Below are positions 23,731 to 34,537 of a DNA stretch of 64,000 bases, one piece after another. The stretch's first letter is position 1, and each line of letters opens with the position of its first letter. Under the pieces are notes generated by a model, which was not told the origin of the DNA, did not search any database, and saw only the letters and a program-made list of their open reading frames with translations. Origin of the DNA: Blepharisma stoltei ATCC 30299 (lineage: Eukaryota; Protista; Ciliophora); the NCBI GenBank assembly GCA_965603825.1, contig CBFDEM010000057.1, positions 248,001 through 312,000 of the forward strand. The letters are read 5' to 3'. Both the position numbers and the translations under genes were made by a program.

Positions 23731-24009
23731 TTAAGTATAAAAAACAACAATAAAGAGAATAATCATACCTGCTAATAGTATCACTGAGGTACAGAATGTC
23801 CGAACAATATTTGATTTTAAAAATTTGAAGGTCTTCTTAAGAATGAACCGAAATTTGTTGTCTTTGTCGTAGATTATGGTATCCAGAGATCTGATTGTTA
23901 TGTTTTGATCTTGATTGGCCGAGTTTGCGATATACAATCTATTTTGAACTTCAGACTCATCATCTGGCTGCTCATCTTGGTGGCCTGCAATTCCTAATTC
24001 TTTTGACAT
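23731..24009 (-). CDS. Degenerate Qc-SNARE paralogue
   Basis: Colinear with 23381..23671 (QDEQ, RLYI, DQN, VFYT end), but with Pro substitution and deletions in the coil. Confidence 0.7.
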   Translation of the reverse strand: MSKELGIAGHQDEQPDDESEVQNRLYIANSANQDQNITIRSLDTIIYDKDNKFRFILKKTFKFLKSNIVRTFCTSVILLAGMIILFIVVFYT

Positions 24010-24132
24010 TAAAATTTATATTTTTAATACATTTTTTCCTGTTATGCAAAAGCATAGATTGATTTCACTTATAAAGACATTAAAATAACTGTAAATTTTT
24101 TAGTTATTGAAAATAAACAAATAAAATTTAAG

Positions 24133-24792
24133 TTAATATATAGGCGAAATATCTTTCAAATTATCTATTCCTTTCTTTCTTATTCGACCGCAAAGTGATT
24201 CTTCTGGACAAGAATGGCTCACTTTGCACTCCCATGGCAAATCAAAAGTTTTCTGATCAGGCAAAGTTCGATTCATACTTTCAAAAGTAATATTTTTAGA
24301 TTCTTCAATAATTATGATTGTATCCCTATTTTCTGGATTATCACCTATAGTTTCAAAATAAGCATAATCATCCCTTTTTCAAAAATATCCACTTTTCCCA
24401 TCAATTTCATTTTCACCCAAAAATTCAAGTTCTCTTAATAATGCATTTGGGTAAATATTCCCACAGCCTTGGCTAGCATTGCAGCATCAACAACAATAAG
24501 AGTCAACAGGGTAAAATATAAAAGTATTGCCACCTGTAGCATATATTCTGCACGGATTATATATGAGATCTTCAAACCCATTTAACTTGCATAAAGGATC
24601 ATATTGGCCATCTTCCAAATCAATTCTGCTGCTTCTTGCAAGAAAATTGAAATAATATGTTCCATTAGTAAATTTCTGATTCTGATTTTCATCTAAAATA
24701 GTGTCTGTTATTGAAGATATAAAATATTGAGGTCATTTTGGTTGTGAAGGAGAGGCTGCTACTAAGTTTATTAGTATCACTGAAATTATCAT
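24133..24792 (-). CDS. Secreted/lysosomal ependymin-related (EPDR/LolA-fold-like) Cys-rich protein (219 aa); absent from the ORF track
   Basis: Signal peptide MIISVILINLVAA, QPK-W-PQYF, GTYYFNF..SRID..DGQYDPLC, YCC-W-CCNASQGCG, FDLPWEC. Three TGA=W; TAA at 24133. Confidence 0.7.
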
Positions 24793-24898
24793 TACTATTT
24801 TTATATGACTAAAATTAAAAGGAATAGGCATTCTAAATAAAGCTTTCTAAATGCATGGAAAGGATAAAAATTTTAGCAAATTGCATAAATAATGATGC

Positions 24899-25123
24899 TT
24901 AATTATTTGTTTCACCTGATTTTGCCATTTCGTTGCTGGCTGAATCTTCCCCAAAAATATATTGATTGTAAAATTCTGGGTTTTTTAGTTTTTCTTTTTG
25001 CATGTATTTTGCAAGTCAAAATGTAAAGAAAAATCCTCCTACTCCTAAAACTGTTAGGATCACTTCAAACCTTGCATTAAATAAATGATTTTTCTTTGTA
25101 AGTGGGGCTTGTGGTCTCTTCAT
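24899..25123 (-). CDS. 74-aa single-pass membrane microprotein; absent from the ORF track
   Basis: MKRPQAPLTKKNHLFNARFE-VILTVLGVGGFFFTF-W-LA-KYMQKEKLKNPEFYNQYIFGED...; ATG follows an A-rich leader; TAA at 24899. Confidence 0.55.
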
Positions 25124-25671
25124 TTTAATTCAATTATTTTAATTATAAAAATCACTAAGATAGATGCCTTAGGAATACCTAAATTTTTAATCTAAGACTA
25201 AAGTGCGACTTAAATCAGCAAGGAAACTTGCTCAAAATGATTTATTTTACTATAGACCTACAAATAGAAATGGCAATGTATGCAATTTTAATATTTTAAA
25301 GTATTTATAATTATAAAATATAATTATATAAAATAATTAAAATTATTAATTGAACTTTTCTATCAAAATGGATTATAAAGATTAAGATGTCAGAAAATAC
25401 CCTATAGCGCAAACTCTGGCAAGTTAACTAGATGCCATATTTGATCTAATCTTCATATCCTATTTAGCTCCTCAGCATTGAAATTTTATTTCTTTTAATA
25501 AAGCGAGGATTATTATCAACAATTGAGGGAAAAGAACCGCTAAAAAGCTAATATCAATTATTAGAGCTACCAATTAAAATGAATTAATTAATTTAGCAAC
25601 GCTTTTTTATTCATTTATCATTCCTAAATTAAACCTTTAATAAGAAATCGACAATATTTTATAAAAATAAT

Positions 25672-25947
25672 ATGGCACTCTTTTATTATAATGGTCAAAG
25701 CGGGCCTCTGGGCGATGTAAGAGACGGTGGTGGATATCCAGTTAGCTCACTTGGGAAGAGTTTTGCAAGATATACCACGTATGCAGGGCAACGTCCTCAA
25801 AGAAATACTCTCTGCCTATATCATGTTTCAATTGGAAGTTTCGATCTCCCTAACTGAGATATTCTATTTGCGGGTAATCTTAATTTCGGAGGAAATGCAA
25901 CTATTGGAAACGTTTCTTTTGGGTTAAATCCTAATCTCCTCGCATAA
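25672..25947 (+). CDS. Orphan 91-aa Gly/Asn-rich microprotein, copy A
   Basis: MALFYYNGQSGPLGDVRDGGGYPVSSLGKSFARYTTYAGQRPQRNTLCLYHVSIGSFDLPN-W-DILFAGNLNFGGNATIGNVSFGLNPNLLA, ending in TAATAA. Frame is preserved between copies (only a 3-nt indel). Confidence 0.8.
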
Positions 25948-26088
25948 TAAAGCGAATAACTAATTAGCTTTTTAGCCATATTGATTCTATAAAATGGGAA
26001 AAATCAAGCAAGCATGTTCTAGTTGTTTTTGGTGGATCATTTAAAAGATTTAAAACACAATTTTAGGTGTTACGCTTAACTAAATTAC

Positions 26089-26330
26089 TTAATCCTGATA
26101 AATATAACTGTTTAAGGTTTTGGCCCTTTCAGCTAATGCATAAGGTGAGACATTTTTTTAATTCTTCAGCTGATGAGTCCCTAGGTAGCCAATCAAGCTC
26201 TGATATAAGTATCCAGAATTTTTAATTGTCCTTGTTAGATTTTGATTATAATTCACATAAGTGATTCCAAACCTGATGCTCTATCCATCAGTCCATTCGA
26301 AATTATCTAGCAGTGACCATAAGAAGTATC
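26089..26330 (-). pseudogene. GH1 beta-glucosidase 3' fragment
   Basis: Copy of the last ~80 codons of 27032..28612 (YFLWSLLDNFEWTDG...YIYQD), with no 5' part and a 1-bp deletion near 26170 (cagctgatg vs cagcatgatg). Confidence 0.85.
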
Positions 26331-26391
26331 ATAATGATATAATGGTGACGTCGTGATAATTTCTCATTTAATCTCATCTTCAAGCCTGCTC

Positions 26392-27273
26392 ATCTTCTAT
26401 CCTATTTAGCTGCTTAGCATTGAATTTTATTTCTTTTAATAAACCGAGGCTTATTCTCAACTTTGAGGGCAAAGAACTGCTAAAAAAACTGATATCAATT
26501 ATTAGAGTTACCAATTAAAATGAGTTAATTAATTTAGCAACGCTTTTTTACTCATTTATTATTCCCAAATTATACCTTTAATAAGAAATCGACAATGTTT
26601 TATAAAAATAATATGGCACTCTTTTATTATAATGGTCAAAGCGGGCCTCTGGGCGATGTAAGAGACGGTGGTGGATATCCAGTTAGCTCACTTGGGAAGA
26701 GTTTTGCAAGATATACTACATATGAAGGGCATCGTCCTCAAAGAAATACTCTCTGCCTGGTTAGTGCTTCAACTGGAGGAGTGTGTCTCCCTAACTGAGA
26801 TGTTCTAGTTGGGGGTAATGTTACTTTCGGTGGAAATGTTTCTCTGTTAAACCTTACTATAGGGGGGTTTAATCCCAATCTTCTCGCATAATAAGCGAAT
26901 AACTAATTAGCTTTTTAGCCATATTGATTCTATAAAATGTGAAAAATCAAGCAAGCATGCTCTGTTATATTTGGGTGGATCATTTAAAAGATTTAAAACA
27001 CAATTTTAGGTATTAAGCTTAACTAAATTACTTAATCCTGATAAATATAACTGTTTAAGGTTTTGGCCCTTTCAGCTAATGCATAAGGTGAGACATTTTT
27101 TAATTCTTCAGCATGATGAGTCCCTAGGTATCCAATCAAGCTCTGATATAAGTATCCAGAATTTTTAATCGTCCTTGTTAGATTTTGATTATAATTCACA
27201 TAAGTGATACCAAACCTGACGCTGTATCCATCAGTCCATTCGAAATTATCTAGCAGTGACCATAAGAAGTATC
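26392..27273 (+). repeat. Tandem segmental duplication, copy B
   Basis: Counterpart of 25449..26330; its GH1 part belongs to the intact gene. Confidence 0.9.
26613..26891 (+). CDS. Orphan 92-aa Gly/Asn-rich microprotein, copy B
   Basis: MALFYYNGQ...RYTTYEGHRPQRNTLCLVSASTGGVCLPN-W-DVLVGGNVTFGGNVSLLNLTIGGFNPNLLA, ending in TAATAA. Confidence 0.8.
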
Positions 27274-28612
27274 CTCTGACCTTGACCTTATCGTTAACAA
27301 TTGCATCAACCATATTCATAACGTGATTATAAACATAATCCATTCTAAACGTATCGTTCAATGCTTGTGCTTCCGGCATATCATTTTCTCCTGGGCAGCT
27401 TACTCCATTTTCGAAGATGTAAATATCTGGATCGTTATATCTGACTTTAATCCAGTTCAAAAGAGCTCTAAGCCCTGGAGGATACACATTTAGCCATGAA
27501 GATTGCGCAAAAGGCCCGATTAGGTGTCCTGTTTTATTGTATGGGCTTCCAGTATATCTCCCATCATTCCCATAGTTGTCGCCAGGTGTTCCTGTCCAAT
27601 GGACATATCCACTTGCGTAGTAATTCAATCCTAAAAAGTCATAAGAACCTTTCAGCATATTTGATTGTTCAGTCGTGAATGTAGGAAGTCTATTTCCTGT
27701 AATGAGCTCACTCATTTCTGTAGGGTATCTTCCAAATGCCTGAGGATCAGCAAACCAGCCATACTGGAATGCTAGTGAATATTGAACTGCCTTATAGTCA
27801 TCCTCATCAGATGTATCCCATGGCAAATTGTAGCCACTGTTGATAGTCATCCCGATTTTGCCTTTTTGGGTTTTTTGGTATTTATTTCTGTAAGTTTGAA
27901 CTGCAAGACCGTGAGCTAGCAATGCGTTGTGAGCTGCTATGTAAGGCTCAGTTGAAGAGTTGCCACCTCCACCTACTTGTTGACACCAGTCACCCCAGCT
28001 TGGAGAACATCTTCCTGGGGCGTGAGTCCCAACTCCGTATCCAATCCATGTGAAAGTTTGGATTTCGTTCATGGTAAGCCAATATTTGACCTTGTTTCCA
28101 AAGGTGCTAAAACAGAAATCTGCATAAGCATTGAATTTATTTGCGACATCTGGATCGAGCCAAGTACTTTGAGCTGTTAAATTATTGAAGGTTTGTGGCA
28201 AATCCCAGTGATAAAGAGTGACATAAGGCTGAATCCCAGCTGCAAGCAATGCATCTAGGAGGGTGTTGTAAAATTGGACTCCAGCTTGGTTTACATTACT
28301 GGTAAGCCCATTTGGAAGGAGGCGAGTCCAGGAAAGAGAAACTCTAAAGTTTTTCACACCAAGCTGCTGAAGTAATTTGATATCTGAAGGATATCTGTCA
28401 TAGAAATCATCTGCAATCTGCGCAGTCTCATTGTCATAAATTCTACCTGGGAAATTTTGAAAGTAATCCCAGATTGATGGCCCACGCCCAGAGACATTTC
28501 ACGCTCCTTCGACTTGAAAAGCAGCTGTAGCTGTTCCCCATGCAAAGTCTGAAGGAAGAACAGCAGCGCATGATAGACCAATAAACAGCAAGTAAACAAT
28601 CAGCTTGCCCAT
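27032..28612 (-). CDS. Secreted glycoside hydrolase family 1 beta-glucosidase (GH1-a)
   Basis: Signal peptide, FAWGTATAAFQVEGA-W(TGA 28499), TLYHWDLP, acid/base TMNEI, nucleophile IFENG, WSLLDNFEW. Confidence 0.95.
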
Positions 28613-28878
28613 TTTTATACCAAATCTTATTTACTTAGTCTTTAAAGGACTATTTCTAGCCCCATGCATCGAATATTCAACAAATAACTAAAATCTAACT
28701 ATAAGTTTATGATTTAATTGCGTTTAAAATTAATTCTCTTCATTTTCTTATAAGATTAAAATTTATAAATATAAGCTCGGCAGTTAACTCGATAAAGTGC
28801 CAAATCATTTCATCTAAAAAGATTTCATTAATTAAAGCAAGAAAAACATTAACGCCTCCAGTAATTAAAATATTTTAT

Positions 28879-30453
28879 TTATGATAAAGATAGCTGCTCA
28901 AGCTTTTTCATCTCAATAAGTGAGTATGGAGAAACATTTTTTAATTCTTCTGTATGATGAGTTCCTAAATATCCAATCAAGCTTTGATATAGATATGCTG
29001 AGTTTTTAATAGCCCTTGTAAGATTTTGATTATAATTCACATAAGTGATTCCAAACCTTATGCTAAACCCTTGAGTCCATTCGAAGTTATCTAGCAGTGA
29101 CCATAAGAAATATCCTTTAACTCTTACCTTATCATTGACTACTGCGTCCACCATATTCAATACATGATTATAAATATAGTTCATTCGAAAAGTATCGTTC
29201 AATGCTTGTGCTTCTGGCATGTCGTTTTCTCCTGGAACACTGACACCATTCTCGAAAATGTATATATCAGGATCATTGTATCTGGCTTTAATCCAGTTCA
29301 AAAGCATTCTAAGGCCAGGAGGATATACATTAAGCCAAGTAGACTCAGCAAAAGGACCAATTAGATGCCCTGTTTTATTGTATGGGCTTCCAGTATATCT
29401 CCCATCATTTTGATAATTGTCACCAGGAATGCCTGTCCAATGGACATATCCGCTCGCATAGTAATTTAAGCCCAAAAAGTCATAAGAGCCTTTTAGAAGA
29501 GCTGATTGTTCTGGTGTAAAAGTAGGAAGTCTATTACCTGTAATGAGCTCACTCATTTCTGTAGGATATCTTCCAAATACTTGAGGGTCTGCAAACCACC
29601 CATACTGGAAAGCTATCGAATATTGAACTGCCTTATAATCATCCTCATCTGATGAGTCCCATGGTAAATTGAAGCCACTATTAATTGTCATCCCAATTTT
29701 ACCTTTTTGAGTTTTTTGATAATTTTTTCTGTAAGTTTGGACTGCAGCGGCATGGGCCAATAAAGCGTTGTGGGCAACAAGATAAGGCTCTGTAGAAGAA
29801 TTTCCTCCTCCTCCAACTTGCTGGCACCAGTCTCCAAAGCTTGGACTGCATCTTCCAGGAGCTGCAGATCCGACCCCATATCCACCCCAAGCAATACTTT
29901 CAATTTCATTCAGCGTTAGCCAGTACTTAACCTTATTTCCAAAAGTCTTAAAGCAAAAGTCTGCATATGCATTGAATTTATTCACGATATCCGGATCAAG
30001 CCATGTACTTTGAGCTGTCAAATTGTTGAAGGCTTGTGGTAAATCCCAGTGATAAAGAGTGACATATGGCTGAATCCCAGCTAAAAGTAGCGCATCAATA
30101 AGATTGTTATAAAATTGCACACCTGCTTGATTTACATTACTCACAAGTCCATTTGGGAGTAAGCGTGTCCAGGAAAACGAAAGCCTGAAGTTTTTGATTC
30201 CAAGCTGTTGAAGAATTTTTATATCTGAGGGATATCTATCATAAAAATCGTCAGCAACATGAGCAGTCTCGTTATTATAAATTCTATTAGGGAAATCTTG
30301 AAAGAAATCCCAAATGCATGGTCCACGTCCTGAAACATTTCATGCTCCTTCAACTTGAAAAGCTGCAGTAGCTGCACCCCAAGCAAAGTCTGAAGGTAGA
30401 ACTGAAGCACATGAAAAGCCTATAAATAGTAAGAAAGCAAAGAACTTACTCAT
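28879..30453 (-). CDS. Secreted GH1 beta-glucosidase (GH1-b)
   Basis: ATG 30453 MSKFFAFLLFIGFSCA; EGA-W(TGA); TLNEI; IFENG; WSLLDNFEW. Confidence 0.95.
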
Positions 30454-30485
30454 ATTTACTTGCCAGAGCAGATATTAAATTTAAA

Positions 30486-32060
30486 TTATGGAGATAAAAA
30501 TTTAGGAGATATTATTGGTTTTTCAGTAATTGCATTTATCGAGGCATTTTGAGCTTCCTCAAAACTATGAGTTCCTAAGTAACCAATTAAACTCTGATAC
30601 AAATACCCTGAATTTTTAATTGCTCTAGTCAAGTTTTGGCTATAATTCACATATGTGATTCCAAATCTCGTATTGAACCCATCCGCCCATTCAAAGTTAT
30701 CTATAAGTGACCACAAGAAATATCCCTTTACCCTAACTCCATCATTTACAATAGCATCAACCATATTCATGATATGGTTATATATATAATCTATCCGAAA
30801 CGTGTCATTCAAAGCTTCTTCTTCAGACATTTGACTTTCTCCAGGATCGCTAACTCCATTCTCCATCACATAAATTTCATGATCCCCATATCTATTTTTG
30901 ATTCAATTCAAAATTCCTCTAATTCCTTGAGGGTAAACATTAAGCCATGAAGATTGTGCTGTCGGTCCAATTAAATGCCCAGTTTTATTATAAGGGCTGA
31001 CATTATATCTCCCATCATTTCAATAATTGTCTCCAATCTCTCCTGTTCATTGAGCATAATCTGTAGTATAGTAATTCAGCCCTAAATAGTCAAAAGAGCC
31101 TTTCAATAAAGCACTTTGTTCAGGAGTGAATTCTGGGAGTCGGTTTCCTGTAATCAGCTCAGTCATTTCTTCAGGATACCTTCCAAATACAACTGGATCT
31201 CCTATCCAGCCATATGAAAAAGCGATTGCAGTTTGTGCTGCTTTATAATCATCAGGATTTGAAGAGTCCCATGGCAAATGAAAGCGAGTATTAATGGTTA
31301 AGCCGATTTTCCCTTTTTGCAAGGCTTGATATTTTTGGCGATAAGTCTGTACAGCAAGACCATGAGCTAATAAGGCATGATGAGCTACAATATAAGGCTC
31401 AGTCGAAGTGTTTCCTCCCCCTCCTACTTGCTCACACCATGAGCCTACACTTGGACTGCATCTTCCTGGCGCAGCAATTCCCCAGCCATACCCTTGCCAT
31501 GCGAAACTCATAATTTCGTTCATCGTCACCCAATGCTTTACTTTAGCTCCAAAAGTACTGAAACAAAAATCAGCATAAGCATTAAATTTATTCGGCATAT
31601 CAGGATCAAGCCATGTGCTTTGAGCTGTCAAATTATTGAATACTTGTGGGAGATCCCAATGATAAAGAGTTACATAAGGCTCAATTTTGGCAGCGAGTAA
31701 TGCATCAAAGAGATCGTTATAAAACTGGATCCCAGCAGAATTTGGGTTTTCGGGAGTCCCAGCTGGAAGCACACGAGTCCAAGAAATGGAGAGCCTTAGG
31801 TTGTGTATGCCTAATTGCTGAAGGATTTTTATATCTTCGGGGTATCTGTCGTAAAAATCATCAGCAATGTGAGCTGTCTCATTGTCGTAAATTCGGCCTG
31901 GAAAATCTTGGAAATAATCCCAAATACTTACCCCACGTCCTGATATGTTCCAAGCGCCTTCTACTTGAAATGCTGCAATTGCAGTACCCCATGCAAAATC
32001 TGGGGGAAGAACTGAGGCAAATGTCAGGCCTAATAGCACGAGTTGAAAAAATGTTCCCAT
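30486..32060 (-). CDS. Secreted GH1 beta-glucosidase (GH1-c)
   Basis: Track ORFs 31047..32060 and 30486..30869 join through TGA=W codons. TMNEI; VMENG; WSLIDNFEW. Confidence 0.95.
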
Positions 32061-32344
32061 ATTATAAATGATACAATAAATAATACAAAAAAGAGTTACT
32101 TCTTACTAGCCACGTAGACAAGAGTATACTTACAGTTGTTTATTAAAAAATTGGATTAAAGATACATATTAATTTATAGTTAAAACGCTTTTTCCCATTT
32201 AATTATTGATATAAGTCAAATTAATTCTTACTTCTCTAAATAGATTTCATTGTTTTTTATTTTAAAAAGAATAAAGGTTAAATAAGATTAATTTTAAATA
32301 TTAATTTAAGAACCTTTACAATAGTTTTACGATACGATTATTAC

Positions 32345-33922
32345 TTAATCCTCTAGAAGATTATGCAATTGTTTGCCTCTTTCAGCAAGTGAATAAGGAG
32401 ACAGCTTTTTAACTTCTTCAACATGATGGGTTCCTAAATAGCCAATTAAGCTCTGATAAAGATACCCTGAGTTCTTAACAGTTCTTGTCAGGTTATTGTT
32501 GTAATCCACATAAGTGAGCCCGAATCTGACATTATAGCCATCAGTCCACTCAAAGTTGTCTAATAATGACCATACGAAGTATCCTTTAACCCTAACTCCA
32601 TCATTTACAACTGCATCTACCATATTCATAATATGGTTATATAAATAATCCATACGGAAAGTGTCGTTCAAGGCTTGAGCTTCAGGGACAGTATTTTCTC
32701 CAGGGCAGCTTACTCCGTTCTCAAGAACATAGATGTCAGGATTGTTGTATCTATTTTTAACCCAGTTCAAAAGGCCTCTAAATCCAGGGGCATATACATT
32801 TAGCCAGCCTGAATCTGCATATGGGCCGATAAGATGTCCAGTTGAATTGTAAGGACTTTGGCTACATCTGCAATCATTTCCGAAGTTATCACCAGGCACT
32901 CCTGTATAGTGAGCATATTGACTGTAGTAATAATTGACTCCTAAGAAATCATAAGACCCTTTCAACATCATTGATTGTTCTGTCGTGAATGTAGGAAGTC
33001 TATTTCCTGTAATGAGTGAGCTCATTTCTTCTGGATATCTTCCAAAGACTTGAGGATCAGCAAACCACCCATATTGGAAAGCGACAGAAACATCTGCTGA
33101 TTTGTAGTCTTCTGGTTCTGATGTATTAGAAGGATAGTAAAATGCACTACTGATGGTCATCCCGATTTTGCCTTTTTGGGTTGGTTGGTAATATTTTCTG
33201 TAAGTCTGAACTGCAAGGCCGTGAGCTAGCAATGCGTTGTGAGCTGCTAGGTAAGGCTCAGTTGAAGAATTGCCACCTCCACCTACTTGTTGGCACCAGT
33301 CACCCCAATTTGGAGAGCATCTTCCTGGGGCGTGGGTTCCGACGCCATATCCAATCCATGTGAAAGTTTGGATTTCGTTCATGGTGATCCAGTATTTAAC
33401 CTTGTTTCCAAAAGTCTTGAAGCAAAAGTCTGCATAAGCATTGAATTTATTTGCGACATCTGGGTCTAGCCATGTGCTTTGGGCTGTAAAGTTATTGAAG
33501 GTTTGAGGTAAATCCCAATGGAAAAGAGTTACAAAAGGCTGAATTCCAGCTGCAAGCAATGCATCGAACAGATTATTGTAAAATTGAACACCAGCTTGGT
33601 TTACGTTGGTTACCAGTCCATTTGGAAGCAGACGAGTCCAGGAAAGAGAAACTCTGAAGTTTTTGATTCCTAATTGTTGGAGGATTTTAATGTCTGATGG
33701 GTATCTGTCATAGAAATCGTCTGCAACATGGCCAGTCTCGTTGTTGTAAATACGGCCTGGGAAATTTTGGAAATAATCCCAGATACATTGCCCACGTCCT
33801 GAAACGTTTCAAGCGCCTTCAACTTGAAAAGCAGCTGTGGCTGTGCCCCATGCAAAATCTCTTGGCAGGACAGCTCCATAGGCGATGCCAAGGAATAAAA
33901 TGAGAAAGTATTCTTTCACCAT
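32345..33922 (-). CDS. Secreted GH1 beta-glucosidase (GH1-d)
   Basis: ATG 33922 MVKEYFLILFLGIAYG; EGA-W(TGA); TMNEI; VLENG. Confidence 0.95.
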
Positions 33923-34537
33923 ATTATTTATCTCTGATGATGCTGTAGTGATGGATTTTTATTTAAATTTAAGGGCCAATTATAATTGTTTAAGGACCTT
34001 CAATCATTTTAAAAATTATTGATGCAAAGATATGAAAAATTAAAAATAATTATATAAAATCGTATACCTGGAATTTTATCTCGGAACAGATGTTGGTGAT
34101 GGTTAATAGGATAAAGTGATTGTTAAGCTAAATCAGGGAGCTTTATTTCTAATTCTTATAAGAATTTTATTTTTATTGTAGAGTTTTTGATGAGCATATA
34201 GAGAAAGTGCTGCTATTTTAATTAAGGACATTAATGGAATAAGTAGGTCTTAAATTGCACAGAAGTAGGACAGAAATGTCTACTTTTTAAATAATAGTTC
34301 TTTCAATATGATATTTTTATGATTAAATGAATCTTTATATTCAATTTAAAATAAAAACTAAAGAAATTTTTGATATTTACTAGTTTTTTTTATGCCTTTT
34401 ATCAAAATGATTTGAAATAATAAGCTAGCAAAAAAAGTTAGGCGCAAGTAATTTACATATATCGAAGCATGGGAGAATTTTACAAAATGTTATACCAAAA
34501 TTTAATAATTATTGTAATTTTAATCCAAAGATTAATA

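Larger units (their letters stand above)
25449..26330 (+). repeat. Tandem segmental duplication, copy A (upstream region + microprotein gene + GH1 3' fragment)
   Basis: Aligns by eye with 26392..27273 at an offset of about 941-943 bp, including non-coding DNA. Confidence 0.9.

Noticed and set aside
25290-25350. AT-only quasi-palindromic tract (tttataattataaaatataattatataaaataatt)
   Set aside because: Expected by chance in very AT-rich intergenic DNA.
26331-26391. Junction filler between the duplicated units, reading MSRLEDEIKWEIITTSPLYHY on the minus strand
   Set aside because: Short, runs out of frame into the GH1 fragment and stops; no evidence of a functional chimeric gene.
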